Positions 49,301 to 60,600 of a stretch of 64,000 nucleotides of DNA are shown in pieces. Origin of the DNA: Candidatus Poribacteria bacterium. Its GTDB lineage: Bacteria; Poribacteria; WGA-4E; PCPOR2b. The stretch lies in NCBI GenBank assembly GCA_965208675.1, contig OZ242351.1:2912001-2976000 (forward strand). Direction: 5' to 3'. How positions within the stretch are numbered: the first letter of the stretch is position 1; every line of letters begins with the position of its first letter. The notes beneath the pieces are model-generated. The model made no database searches. It had not been told where the DNA came from and saw only the letters and a program-made list of their open reading frames with translations. A program made the position numbers and the translations under genes.

Positions 49301-50938
49301 TTAAACCGGCTCATATCTCAACATCGGTTCATTGCGGCGAACCACGAGGTGTTTTCGCCAATTTGTGTCATCTCTTTCGGAGTAGTCCTCCCGATAATGC
49401 CCGCCGCGGCTTTCGGTACGCGCTATAGCTATGCGTGTTATCAACCTCGCTACTTCAAGCATATTCTGCAACTCAAGTGCTTCAATTTGATTTCCCGATA
49501 TCGACTGATCCAATGGTGCTAACGCATCGGCAACTTTCTTCAGGTCTCCGCCATTTCTGAGTATACCGGCGTGTCTCCACATTAGCTCTCGGATCATTTC
49601 TTGGGCAGTGTTGATATCAACGGACGGATTGGATGTGTCATTGAATTTATCGCTGCTGGATTCTGATTCGTCATTCGACTGAATCCGAACACTCGCGTGC
49701 ACTTGTGTGTCCAATTTTCCCGCGTATTTAGCCGCGGCTTTTCCCGCACGTGTGCCAAAAACTATACACTCAAGCAATGAATTACTTGCGAGCCGATTCG
49801 CGCCATGGACCCCTGTGCACGCAACCTCACCACAGGCGGTAAGGCCGCGAATGCCCGTCTCGGCATTCATATTGGTTCGAACACCGCCCATCATGAAATG
49901 TGCTCCAGGTCGAACCGGGATTAAATCCGTGGTAATGTCAATACCGTACTGATTGCACGTATGGTAGATTGTCGGGAAGCGGTTCTGTATGAAATTCGGC
50001 GATAGGTGTGTGATATCCAAGTAGACGCAGGGTGAATCTGTCAATTCCATTTCACTAAGGTTGGCGCGGCTCACCACATCTCGTGGCGCAAGTTCTTCCA
50101 ATTCGTGGTATTTGCCCATAAACCGTTCGCCGCGCCCGCTGATTAAGGTTCCGCCCTCGCCCCGCAAGGCTTCGGAGATTAAGAAATGGGGGGCTCCCAT
50201 CAGGAACAACGTAGTAGGATGAAATTGGACAAATTCCATGTCCATCATTTCACAACCCGCCCGCCAAGCCAGGGCGAAACCGTCGCCCGTTGCGACTTCT
50301 GGGTTCGACGTGCATTGATAGATTCGCCCAAGCCCACCTGCTGCGAGGATTGTGGCTTTGGCAAAGATGCAGTGCAGGGTGCTATCAATGAGGGCGGCCA
50401 CTCCGTAGCAGGTGTTGTCCTGTGTCATGAAATCAACCGCGAAGGCGTGCTCAATAACTTGTATCCGTTTTTGTTTCTTGAGATGCGTGACTAAAACCTG
50501 CGTGGTTTCTGCGCCAGTAGCATCGCCTCGGTGAACTATACGCCGGCGTTGATGCGCCGCTTCTTGCGTGAAACCGAGCGTTTCACCCTCCTTGTCGAAA
50601 TTTGCGCCCCATTGAATTAGTTCCGATACCCGTTCAATGCCCTCCTCAACCATGATTTGTACAGCAATCTCATTGCAGAGCCCAACTCCCGCTTTAAGCG
50701 TATCTTCGACATGGAACCCGATTTCGTCATCCTCACTCATCGCAACGGCGATGCCGCCTTGTGCATACCGCGTGCTGCTCTCTTGAAGCGCGCCTTTTGT
50801 AATCAACACAACATCCCCGTGGCGATTGGCTTCAATGGCTGCCCTTAATCCAGCGCTGCCGCTTCCGATTACCAAAAAATCGGTGTCGATCCGCGGCAAC
50901 TCCGCAGAATCAAAATTGATGAGATATCGGCGACTCAT
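49301..50938 (-). CDS. nadB: L-aspartate oxidase
   Basis: GSGSAG, YAQGGIA, QFHPT, SEALRGEG, HFMMGG, HGANRLASNSLLE. Confidence 0.96.
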   Translation of the reverse strand: MSRRYLINFDSAELPRIDTDFLVIGSGSAGLRAAIEANRHGDVVLITKGALQESSTRYAQGGIAVAMSEDDEIGFHVEDTLKAGVGLCNEIAVQIMVEEGIERVSELIQWGANFDKEGETLGFTQEAAHQRRRIVHRGDATGAETTQVLVTHLKKQKRIQVIEHAFAVDFMTQDNTCYGVAALIDSTLHCIFAKATILAAGGLGRIYQCTSNPEVATGDGFALAWRAGCEMMDMEFVQFHPTTLFLMGAPHFLISEALRGEGGTLISGRGERFMGKYHELEELAPRDVVSRANLSEMELTDSPCVYLDITHLSPNFIQNRFPTIYHTCNQYGIDITTDLIPVRPGAHFMMGGVRTNMNAETGIRGLTACGEVACTGVHGANRLASNSLLECIVFGTRAGKAAAKYAGKLDTQVHASVRIQSNDESESSSDKFNDTSNPSVDINTAQEMIRELMWRHAGILRNGGDLKKVADALAPLDQSISGNQIEALELQNMLEVARLITRIAIARTESRGGHYREDYSERDDTNWRKHLVVRRNEPMLRYEPV

Positions 50939-51026
50939 TTGGCTCTAATGCGATTCGGCAATCGCAAATGACATCCTTTCGAAACAGTTTGCCTAGATTG
51001 TCCAAACGGCGTAAAGTGAACAGTGC

Positions 51027-51440
51027 CTAGAAAACCCCAGCGACCTTCATAACTTTTCCGGTTCCTTCTGCAATCTGTGTTCCATCCTGCAGTTTAATCT
51101 CCGCAACAACCTCAATGAGCCGCTTTCCGGCTTTCAGGCGATTGGCTGTCACGAGAAGCTTCTGTCCGGCGCGTGCGGGATTTTTGAATCGAATATCGAG
51201 TTGCGCAGTCACCGCAGGCCCATCAAAATTAGCGATGCCCACGTACGTTATCGCCTCATCCAATAACGTGCTTAAGATACCGCCGTGCACGATATTTGTC
51301 CACCCGTGGAAGTGCTCCGGCGGGATACATTCAATCTTAACCTGCGTCCCGTCCGGCGAAATATCAGGATGGACTTGCAAACCAAATGGGTTCTCTTTAC
51401 CACAAGCGAAACAGCGGTTGTTGTTCTCAACACGCATCAT
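51027..51440 (-). CDS. PaaI family thioesterase
   Basis: CFACGKENPFGL and HGGILSTLLDE. Confidence 0.9.
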   Translation of the reverse strand: MMRVENNNRCFACGKENPFGLQVHPDISPDGTQVKIECIPPEHFHGWTNIVHGGILSTLLDEAITYVGIANFDGPAVTAQLDIRFKNPARAGQKLLVTANRLKAGKRLIEVVAEIKLQDGTQIAEGTGKVMKVAGVF

Positions 51441-51512
51441 GAACCGTTCCTGATGATTCCGTCGAATCCGATTTCTTTCTGCCTAACGCGTGCCATGCGT
51501 GCGGGGAAATAT

Positions 51513-52388
51513 TCATGCAAGATTATGGGTGCCAAAGTCGAACCGTTCAAGATACTCGTTTATCTTTTTTGCCATGAACTTCGCCGACTCCTCGGCTTTA
51601 TCCGGCCACGCAAAAACTGAGTTGGTCATAACGCCGTCAAAACCGACCTCCTGAAGCGTACGGAAAAACATCTCCCAGTCAATGTCTCCCTCCCCAATGT
51701 TTAGATGTTGATGAATGCGGACTGTGGATTCAAGAGGATTGACGATATAACGAACCGGAATCCGGTGATCGAGCGTATCGGCGACATGGACGTGATCCAG
51801 TACCGGCGCCGCGTAGCGAATCATCTCGGTCATATTACCGCCCATGTGATAAGTGTGGGGCGCACAATACAGGTATCTGACATAGGGCGACCCAATTGCA
51901 CGGATAATGTCTACTGCACTATTTCCATCTTCAACAAAGTCGCCCGGATGCGGTTCAATCGCCATGGTGATGTTTTCCCGTTCAAGAATAGGAATAATAT
52001 CCTCCATGGAACGCCAGAACGCTGCGTCACACGCTTCCGGCGTGTCCGGGTTGCCGCTAAACTCCGAGTTGAGGTGGGAGCACTCAAGCTCAACTGCCAC
52101 CTGAATCGCTTTTTCCCAGTAGTTGACAGCCGCTGCGCGTGCTTCGGCGTTGTCGGGTTCAGACCACCGGTACACTGTCCACATCGAGGCTAGTCCGACG
52201 TTGTAGTTGCGCAATGCACGCTTCAACTCGGCAATATTATCTCGATTTGCTCTGGGGCTTATGAACAAGGGTAAGAAATCGTCGCGCGGTGACAGTTCAA
52301 TCCACTGGTGTTGGGTTTCAGCGGCGAACCGGCAAACTTCAGTCAGCGAACGGTCTCGTATCATCCAGGGGTCAAGCGCAATTTGCAT
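51513..52388 (-). CDS. Sugar phosphate isomerase/epimerase (IolH-like TIM barrel)
   Basis: IELSPR, IEPHPGDF, HVHVAD, RYIVNP, HQHL, SVFAW. Confidence 0.85.
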   Translation of the reverse strand: MQIALDPWMIRDRSLTEVCRFAAETQHQWIELSPRDDFLPLFISPRANRDNIAELKRALRNYNVGLASMWTVYRWSEPDNAEARAAAVNYWEKAIQVAVELECSHLNSEFSGNPDTPEACDAAFWRSMEDIIPILERENITMAIEPHPGDFVEDGNSAVDIIRAIGSPYVRYLYCAPHTYHMGGNMTEMIRYAAPVLDHVHVADTLDHRIPVRYIVNPLESTVRIHQHLNIGEGDIDWEMFFRTLQEVGFDGVMTNSVFAWPDKAEESAKFMAKKINEYLERFDFGTHNLA

Positions 52389-52416
52389 GTGTCTTCTCTG
52401 TCGGCAGGTGGGCGGC

Positions 52417-53481
52417 TTAGTCAGTTGATTCGTTTTCGTGTACGCCGTACTTCTTGCCGTGATCCAAGATTAACGTCCAAACTGTAGCCGGCAGTTCAAT
52501 CCCTTCACGTGATTGCCTTTCTTCAGCCTGCCGCTCCGGGTCGCCGGGAACAAGCACTTCGGAAAAACCGGGTGCTGGCGGGATGGATCGAATCCCCGCA
52601 AGAAAATCGTTGACAGCTTGCTGGTACGCGTCCAGCGGCTGAAAAACGCTTATGTCGATTGCTTGAAAGAAGGTGCCGCCCATCCGTTCCGAATCGAGGC
52701 TAACCGCTGCAAGACCGCCAATCAAACACGTCAGCAGAGAGAATGCATATCCCTTATATCCGCCGAAGACAAGCATGTTTCCGCCGTCAAAAAAGTCGCC
52801 GGGATTGACGCTCGGCTGTCCGTGCTTGTCAATAATGCAACCCGGCGGAAGCTCTGTCCCCTTAACACGCGCGAGGTGAATTTTTGCGCCGGAGAGCATA
52901 GTGGTTGCAAAATCGGAAATAAAGTGTTTGCCATCCGCGGACGGTACTCCGAGCGCGATTGGGTTAGTCGACAGCGTTCCCTCGGCACCGCCGAACGGCG
53001 CGGCGTCGCCCGGCTCTTCTCCTCCCCAGCCCGATGTTACCATGCCGATAAAACCCTCACCAGCAGCCTGTTCTACGAACTCCCCGAGTCGCCCGATATG
53101 ATGCGTGCGCGTGAGGCTTACGGCGCCCATCCCGGTGGCGCGGGCTTTTTCCATTGCCAAATCCATACACCATCGTCCCGCATAATGCCCCCAACCTACA
53201 TGACCGTCGACTAGAGCCGTGCTAGCCGTTTCCCTGACCAGCTCGGGCATCCCGTCAGGAATCAGCCTCTCCTTTTCTATCGCATCTATGTAGCCAGGTC
53301 GAGCCGGTTCTGTGTACGTGGGGATTTGCGACACACCGTGTGAAGTGTGCCCTTTCAGGTCAGAGTTAACTAGGATTTGGGCAACGACCTCCGCGACCTC
53401 GTTTGGCGTCCCAACCGCCTCAAAAAGGCGTGTGCAATAATCGAGAAGCGTCGCTGAATGAATCCGAAGCGTAGATTCCAC
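52417..53481 (-). CDS. Ldh2 family oxidoreductase (malate/L-lactate/ureidoglycolate dehydrogenase-like)
   Basis: GHTSHG, HHIGRLG, TNPIA, DFATT, GGYKG, VPGDPE. Confidence 0.9.
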   Translation of the reverse strand: MESTLRIHSATLLDYCTRLFEAVGTPNEVAEVVAQILVNSDLKGHTSHGVSQIPTYTEPARPGYIDAIEKERLIPDGMPELVRETASTALVDGHVGWGHYAGRWCMDLAMEKARATGMGAVSLTRTHHIGRLGEFVEQAAGEGFIGMVTSGWGGEEPGDAAPFGGAEGTLSTNPIALGVPSADGKHFISDFATTMLSGAKIHLARVKGTELPPGCIIDKHGQPSVNPGDFFDGGNMLVFGGYKGYAFSLLTCLIGGLAAVSLDSERMGGTFFQAIDISVFQPLDAYQQAVNDFLAGIRSIPPAPGFSEVLVPGDPERQAEERQSREGIELPATVWTLILDHGKKYGVHENESTD

Positions 53482-53660
53482 GCTAATATCTCCTTTGAAG
53501 GATAGAAGAAACGGCAATACGGTGCTTGTCGTGCATTAGGATAGCGTCGGACAAATAATGCAAATTTCCGTAGAATAGGCTTCCTAGTCACGATGGCCGA
53601 GACAACGGCGCCCATTCTAGAGAGGAATACACAATCGACTTAAACCCATTTGCCAGTGTC

Positions 53661-54083
53661 CTAGTTGAGATCGTCTTCGTCCAACACGCAACTAATCACA
53701 GCAGCGACCATCGTCTCGTCGCCGACAGCGACAACGTCGTGTTCGACCCTCGCGGGTATATACGCAGAACCTCCCGGCCCTACAGTCTTTTTTTCGTCGC
53801 CTACAGTGATTTCCGCCTGCCCGGCAAAGATATAATAACACTGTTCCCAGCTTGGATGGTGGTGGCTCCCGTGTGCTTTCCCCACAGGCCATGTGTGGAT
53901 GCCAACAATTAAGCGTTTCGTGGCAAATGGATTTGAGTCCTGCTTTTCGTATAATTCGCCCTCGGGGCATGTAATAACGACTGAATATCCAGATTCCTCA
54001 CGAGGAATACCTGGTATTGTTTCATCGCCCCATCCCGTAAAACTGCTCTTTAAATCTTCAAGCGTATGAATAAAATTCAGCAC
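53661..54083 (-). CDS. Cupin domain protein
   Basis: HHHPSWEQCYY and PARVEH; start uncertain. Confidence 0.8.
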   Translation of the reverse strand: MLNFIHTLEDLKSSFTGWGDETIPGIPREESGYSVVITCPEGELYEKQDSNPFATKRLIVGIHTWPVGKAHGSHHHPSWEQCYYIFAGQAEITVGDEKKTVGPGGSAYIPARVEHDVVAVGDETMVAAVISCVLDEDDLN

Positions 54084-54494
54084 AAACGCCCTCCCTAAAA
54101 ATGTCAACACAAAAAGAGTTTGAAACTCTTGGCGTCAGAGTCGCGGCAACGGTATGCCGATTACGGTCAAAGAATATCCCAATATTCTACAAAAATTTTG
54201 AATTTGTGTCAAGCACCCTCGATTGAAATTTAGGATTCAGCAATCCTCCTCATATGCGCGATTTGAAAGACGCGCCCAGGAGTGTACTCCGTTTTTCGAC
54301 AATATGTTACGCCGCTGCACATAACCTTTTAAAGCTTCCGTATCGCGATTTGGAGATTGCTCCTACACGGGTGCATGCTGTAGGAGGGAACTCCGATTCC
54401 CGACAATATGTTACGCCGCTGCGCCTAGGCTAAGAGAACTACAGTTTCTGCAGGTTGGGTTAACGGGTTTGCCGCTTATTTTTCAAAAACGCTC

Positions 54495-55085
54495 TTACGG
54501 AAGGCTAGTGTAAATCCGTGTCTCTTCCAAAGTATGGGAGAACGGCCCCTGTTTATCCGTTTCTACGGTCACCGTAATTATTCCCATTTCTGTGTCACGC
54601 TGCGGATCCTCCAGGATTAGCGGGCGTGGAATTTCTGAACGTAGTAATCTTATATTTGACCTGCCAAGCGAACCCCACCGCAAGTCAAAAAGTTGGCCAT
54701 CATAAACCTTTTCGTTCTTGGTGCCCTGCCGCATTGAATAGATCGTAGCATCCGTTATGAATTTGGATTCGGAGATCGCATTAACACCAACCCCCGGCGT
54801 TAGAATGCTTTCACTCCAGATGAGGGCGTTGCGATTCCTATCTAGCAGAATAATTCGAATATCAAGATAGCCGAGGCGATAATCTGATTCGATTCGGATA
54901 TTCTCGAAGTTTTGAATCTCCCCGCTGCTGCACCCAAATATCGCAAATAGCTGAACTAGAGCTAATCCGCCAAAAAGCCGTTTTAGTTTTACATTCCTAA
55001 TGCAATACAACCTTTGTCTCCTGCCCTTAAGTCCAAACCCGATAGATTTAGCTGACTGTTCAAACACCCAAAGTATATCTGTCAA
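54495..55085 (-). CDS. Hypothetical lipoprotein
   Basis: Basic region, hydrophobic stretch and IFGC lipobox; true start probably downstream of 55085. Confidence 0.6.
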   Translation of the reverse strand: MTDILWVFEQSAKSIGFGLKGRRQRLYCIRNVKLKRLFGGLALVQLFAIFGCSSGEIQNFENIRIESDYRLGYLDIRIILLDRNRNALIWSESILTPGVGVNAISESKFITDATIYSMRQGTKNEKVYDGQLFDLRWGSLGRSNIRLLRSEIPRPLILEDPQRDTEMGIITVTVETDKQGPFSHTLEETRIYTSLP

Positions 55086-55103
55086 TCTTTGATCTGAATA
55101 GTC

Positions 55104-55130
55104 AAAAAAAGGCAGCCATTAGGCTGCCTT
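55104..55130 (-). terminator. Rho-independent terminator after exbD
   Basis: GGCAGCC-TAAT-GGCTGCC followed by T7 on the minus strand. Confidence 0.8.
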
Positions 55131-55257
55131 ACATAAAAACTTACACTTCCGAAACGGCGGCATCGAATCTGCGTCAACTTGCCTTTCGCCCGTAATTCGA
55201 TTGTCCGATAAAACTAAATGCAATTAGCACATTTCATGGAAGCGTATAAATCAAGAT

Positions 55258-55674
55258 TTACTCATCTTCCGATACGGCTATGGCAATTTCCTGCCCCTCA
55301 GGTTTACTAAATCGTTGTTTCGCACGCTCCATCACATCAATAACCACGCCATGTTGGGTGCTCTTGTCAGCCTTGATGATTAGCGTACTAATCAGATGCT
55401 CGTGCGTGGCAAGAAATATATCCATTTCGTCCATCGTTTGCATTAACAAGTCATCAAAGGAAATTTGACCATCTGGACTGATAAATAAGTTAAATTTCTT
55501 ACGTGGAAACTCGTGCTTTGTCGCTGACTCCGGTAGCGTGACTGAAAATGGCGGAGGCGTACGCATGATTGCCGAGACCATAAAGAAAATCAACAACAGA
55601 AACACGCAATCAATCATCGGCGCCATTTGCAACTCGGTGTCTTGCCGACCACCCCGCCGCTGAAATAAAGCCAT
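55258..55674 (-). CDS. exbD: ExbD/TolR biopolymer transport protein
   Basis: MAPMIDCVFLLLIFFMV, IKAD, VIDVM. Confidence 0.9.
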   Translation of the reverse strand: MALFQRRGGRQDTELQMAPMIDCVFLLLIFFMVSAIMRTPPPFSVTLPESATKHEFPRKKFNLFISPDGQISFDDLLMQTMDEMDIFLATHEHLISTLIIKADKSTQHGVVIDVMERAKQRFSKPEGQEIAIAVSEDE

Positions 55675-55706
55675 GGTTTTCCTCCTTTTATTAACATTTC
55701 GTAGTG

Positions 55707-55898
55707 TTAGTAATTTGGTTTATGAATTTCAGTTCCTTCAGGTCTACTAAAGCGTTGAATTGCACGCTCCATTACATCAATAGATATGTCATGATGCGGC
55801 CTCTTGATTGACCTTATTCGAAATTGCTTCTTTAAGGGGGCCGCGGGGAAATTCGTACCTTGTCCTTAACACCGGCCGCGCGGTTGAAACAAAGGCAT
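55707..55898 (-). pseudogene. Decayed duplicate of the downstream exbD
   Basis: Fragments MPLFQPRGR*, YEFPR and IDVMERAIQRFSRPEGTEI match MALFQRRGGR, HEFPR and IDVMERAKQRFSKPEGQEI. Confidence 0.75.
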
Positions 55899-55916
55899 TT
55901 CTACCCTTACTTTGTC

Positions 55917-56369
55917 TCATTCCCTCGCGACCATGGCAAAGCCAATTTTATCAATACCTGCCTGTTTTGCAAGATCCATAATCTTAACAATTTGCTCATG
56001 TAAAACTGCACGCTCTGATTGGATTATCAGCATATTCTTGATGTCTTCGGGGGCATTAATGAACTGGCTAAACATTTCGTTGAATCCGACGATTTCATCG
56101 TTCAATACCATTGTACCCACGCGCTCTGCTCCCGACGGATTGGCAATTCGCACGATTAGTCCCTTCGGTTTATTGGGATTCGGCTTGCCCGGCGGCGGTA
56201 ACTGCACGCGAATACCCGGCATCGGCGAGAATGTCGTTGCCACCATGAAAAAGATTAACAGTAGGAACACGCAGTCAATCATAGGGGCCATGTCCATTCG
56301 CGGCCCCTTTCTCTCTTTCAGTTTTGTAGAGAGCAATGTCATACGTTCAGGTTTTCCACCCTGAGCCAT
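55917..56369 (-). CDS. exbD: ExbD/TolR biopolymer transport protein
   Basis: MAPMIDCVFLLLIFFMV and IMDLAKQAG. Confidence 0.9.
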   Translation of the reverse strand: MAQGGKPERMTLLSTKLKERKGPRMDMAPMIDCVFLLLIFFMVATTFSPMPGIRVQLPPPGKPNPNKPKGLIVRIANPSGAERVGTMVLNDEIVGFNEMFSQFINAPEDIKNMLIIQSERAVLHEQIVKIMDLAKQAGIDKIGFAMVARE

Positions 56370-56453
56370 TTCAATCCTCCTATTGATAGGTAGTAATAAT
56401 ACAATGCTGCCCTTGTAACTTTACGTTACAGGGACAGCATCGAAGCGTCAGGT

Positions 56454-57473
56454 TTAGGCATTATCCATTTGACCAAGCACCAACTGGTTCACGATTTCGT
56501 TTGAGACTTGCTCAATCTCAATTACGTACCTGTTGACCCCGCTATCAAATAGGTTGTAGAAAATGAGGCAAGGAATAGCTATCGTCAAACCACCTGCAGT
56601 CGTCAGCAATGCCTGTGAAATACCTCCTGCCAGTTGCTGCGGGTCCCCGGTACCTTCTAGCGCGATGGTCGTAAATGCGCTAATCATACCGATAACCGTA
56701 CCCAGCAGACCAAACAGCGGAGAAATAGCGGCGATTGTACCGAGTACGGGCAGATTCCGCTCAAGCTCAGGAATTTCGAGGAGACTTGCCTCCTGAATGG
56801 CTTCTTGGATTTCTTCTTTGGTAATCTCTCGTTCTTCAATTTGCGCTTGGCTGTACTTCAACAATCCCGCCTTCAATACGTTAGCTAATGGACCGCCAGC
56901 TTCCTCACAAGTTGAGACAGCTTCCATTATATTTTCGTTGCGCAAGAAGTTCGTGATACTTGCCATGAACTGTTCCGTGCCGATTTTTGACCGGCTTCTC
57001 GCAAAGGTAAATAGCCGTTCAATAATGAACGTCACTGCCACAACAGAGCACAGAGCAAGCGGCCAGAAGATGATACCGAACTTCGCAAAGAATGTGAAAA
57101 CGGTATCTTTTTTCGTCATTTTCATTTGTACATACTGATCGCCGCCGGCTGTAATTGTAACTGCTTTACCTTCCCTGTCTTTGTAGCCGTCTCTATAGAA
57201 ACTCATCAAATAACGGCCCGGGGGAATGCCGCTTGCCTCAAATTCCCCGCCCGTATCTGTTTGTGTATCATACTCGGTCCCACTGACATCTTTAATAATT
57301 ACGTTGACTTCGGGAACAGGGTTTGACTGAGCTGAGGTATCCAAAACCTGACCGCGAACAATGCCGGTTGTACTGGAGACATCTACAGATGTTTCTTCCT
57401 CTTGTGCAAACACTACCGCACCCTGGAATATCAACAAGCTAACTATAATTAGAGTTACACTCAAACGTTGCAT
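56454..57473 (-). CDS. ExbB/MotA/TolQ proton channel protein with N-terminal exported beta-sandwich domain
   Basis: Signal peptide, carboxypeptidase-regulatory-like domain, then IIER, SPLFGLLGTVIGMI, GISQALLTTAGGL. Confidence 0.9.
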   Translation of the reverse strand: MQRLSVTLIIVSLLIFQGAVVFAQEEETSVDVSSTTGIVRGQVLDTSAQSNPVPEVNVIIKDVSGTEYDTQTDTGGEFEASGIPPGRYLMSFYRDGYKDREGKAVTITAGGDQYVQMKMTKKDTVFTFFAKFGIIFWPLALCSVVAVTFIIERLFTFARSRSKIGTEQFMASITNFLRNENIMEAVSTCEEAGGPLANVLKAGLLKYSQAQIEEREITKEEIQEAIQEASLLEIPELERNLPVLGTIAAISPLFGLLGTVIGMISAFTTIALEGTGDPQQLAGGISQALLTTAGGLTIAIPCLIFYNLFDSGVNRYVIEIEQVSNEIVNQLVLGQMDNA

Positions 57474-57578
57474 CTTTTCCTCCCACAATCTGTACGTTTA
57501 GGTTATGACTTTGAAAAGGGATGGCACTTCCTACTATAAACAAACCCCTGATTTTTTCAAAAGTTTTGAATCAAATTG

Positions 57579-57614
57579 AAAAAAAGCGCCAAGCATTCGA
57601 TACGCTTGGCGCTT
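57579..57614 (-). terminator. Rho-independent terminator between the large gene and exbB
   Basis: GCGCCAAGC stem, short loop, GCTTGGCGC followed by a T run on the minus strand. Confidence 0.75.
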
Positions 57615-57619
57615 CCATA

Positions 57620-60600
57620 CTAGAATCCCATCATTGCGCGGATGAACGTCGTGTTAGTCGTCGTCCGCTCAAATATGATTCGCGTCCGGCGGAAACCCGA
57701 CAATACCACGATGTTGAACCCTAACCACTCACCACGCTTAATCATCTGAATTTCAAAGATACGCGTACGAATGTCTGGTCGGAATAAAACCGGTACCGGT
57801 TCGTCAACAGGGAAATTCGTTAGAAAATTCTTGAAATTGTTGTCCCGGTTGGTAAACTTCCGGTATTGAAAACCTGCAAGAATATTCACTCGCTGGGAGA
57901 ACTGGTAATCTAGGCGTACACCCAGCACATCCTCACGACTCCGAATATTAAACCGCAAGTATTCTACCGGTGCCAAATCCGTTGGCACGAAAAGGCGCGG
58001 ATTCAACACGTCGCCAATCTCCTCGCCTTTTCGATCGAACTTCTTCGTCCAGATGTACTTCGCCATAGGCGTGAGCGTTAAATCCTCACCAATCTTGTCT
58101 ACTCCCGGCAAGTCGCCCAACGGTATCTCATATTTAAACTTGATAACAGTTGTCTGGTTACGAATATTGCGCTCCGCGTAGCGGCGCTGTTTCCACTGGT
58201 CGGGATCATAAACTAGCCCGCGCTGTTGCTCAGCATCCGGATGCAGCGGGTTTAGACCGTGATCGGGATAGAACGGGAATTCACGTCTATCTCCGGCAAC
58301 ACGAACCTGATCCACTGGCACCATCAAATCCACACGTTCATCCAGTTCTGTGTTCTCATCACTTTCTTCTAAAGACTCGTCGAACGGAATGTCTAACGCT
58401 ATCGCATCCTCAGCATCCGGCTCGAACTGCTTTTGAAGAACTAACAAGAATTTCGTCTCTAACGTCAAATTCGGGATGGCCGTATAAATGAACTGGAGTG
58501 TCGATGTATTCGCGCGTGCGTTGAAGAAGTCCAATTCATCTGATTCTTGCGTTGTCTCTAATTCACCAGGACGCAGTGTAATCGAGTATTCGGGAATGTC
58601 ATCTCGAACGCGAACAAACCGGTTCTGGAACAACATCGTCCCAAAATCAGGGATGTCGCGTTGATAAGTCAGATGCATATATCTCGAATCGTTCTGGCGG
58701 CGACTCGAAATTTCGCTCTCGTTTAGCCAACCTACCTTCAGTGTTAGGTTATCCAACAAGTCGTAGCTCGCAGCGATATGGTATCCTTCACGGTCAATAC
58801 CGTACTCATACTGCGGCTCATAATCATCCTCAAGGGAATCAATTACACCGTTGTTATTCAAGTCAACCAAATCCTGAAAAATGGGAGGATCTGCTTCGAA
58901 AATCAGAAAATCTTCTTCGTAGTCTAACACGCCGTTCTGATCACGGTCGTCGGCTTGTGGTAAAACACCGTCAAAGTCGATGTCATCTGGCCAATCATCA
59001 TCATCATCATCATCTTCAACCAAAATGTAATTGATTTCATCGTATGGTGAGATTTCCGCCGCCGATTCGGGTGTCCGATCTAGAGAATACGTCTGATCTC
59101 TGTCTGTGTTCGCACCCCAATTATGGTACGTCGTGGTGTAACCGGGGTCAATATGATAGAACGTCTCCTCCAAAAACAGCCTGCCGAATCGTTGCTTGAG
59201 GTTGATGAACCACGCAACTTCTCGACCCAGTTCCCCACTGCCGTTTTCGTCGGTGCCGTCTCCACCTAAACGGGCTTCAAACCTTTCCCCTTCAGTCTCG
59301 GAGTAGGTCGGAAGATTCGTATCGGTGTTTATCACCCGCCCCGTTGACGGATCTATCGCGATATTCGATGGCTCATCAATATCCGGATTGACTTGGCTGA
59401 AACTGACCTTGTCTTTTGGGATAGTCGGATACTGTTTATACTTGCTGTTGACGGAATAGTGGGCGCGAATTAACGTGTTAAACAGTGTGCCTTCCAAGTC
59501 CACACCGTACAACACCGCCGCCCTCGCAGCACCGTAGCGATAACTTACTTTACGTGCGCGCCCCTCACCCGTCCACGCATTTGGATTCCGAAATTGATTG
59601 GCTCGATTGCTCGTATAATCGGACGACTGCCCGTAATTGCCAGGCGCTTGGATGACATCTCGAAACGGCATTTCAATATGGCCGTCTGACGTCTTAATCC
59701 AATCCGAACTCACGTCGCCGACGTTGGCGCCGCTGAAACCGACCACTGAGATATTGTAGTCGCCAGCAGCTATAATCTCAAACAACACGGATTTCACCTG
59801 GCGCGGGTTGATTGGATCGTCCAACGCCTCAAGGTTCAATTCATACTGCATAGCATCGAAACCCTCGACGATTTTCCAATCCCCGGTCTCATGCACTGTG
59901 CTGCCTCCGACCGGCAAAATCTCATCGGAAAACACAGTAAATTTTTGCTGTTCTTCCGGTAACTGGCGGGCAACTTCACCTGCTTCCCTCTCGTCAACCG
60001 TCAGTTCCTCAAGTCCTTGCGTGACAATCGTCACTGTTATAGTCTTAACCGCCGCACCAACACCGCCTTGGATGTTTTCTTCCGGAAGATTCGCGAATGC
60101 TGACGGATGGTTATCCTCTGGAGAATCATCACGGAATACGACCGCAATCCGTTCCGGCGGAGTATTCGCAACTGAACCCAACATCGGATTCTCTACGCGT
60201 TCCGGATGTTGTTTTTGAAGGTTAACATACGTGAATCCCGCGCGAAACACATCGCCCAAAAGCCCCTGTGCACGAAATCCGAGTAATCGTGCATTTTCAA
60301 TGTGCCGAACCCCAGCATCATCCGAAAAACCGTTGCGCCGGCCAAAGGTGCCCGCCAGTGTGGGAACTGCATCAGAGAGCTGCGCCGGGTTAGAAATTCG
60401 GGAGTTGAGCAACGTAAATAGGTGGCGTTCATGCGCAAACGAAATATCCATGCGAAAACCATCGAATTCCGTTTTATACATGATATATCGGTTCGGAAAT
60501 AGTGTAGAGGGTTTAATTCGCATGTTGTCGCCGATGGCGCACTCTGCATGCCTGCCGCGGAACGTGTCTTCTGTTAATACAGTACGGTCCAATTGTGCAG

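Noticed and set aside
52513-53214. 233-aa plus-strand ORF
   Set aside because: Antisense shadow of the Ldh2 gene with no recognisable motifs
55150-55210. c-di-GMP riboswitch-like words (GAAA, GACGCA) inside an ATCGAAT/ATTCGAT stem
   Set aside because: Lacks the GGCAAAC..GACGCAAAGC framework and second stem; cannot be supported by eye
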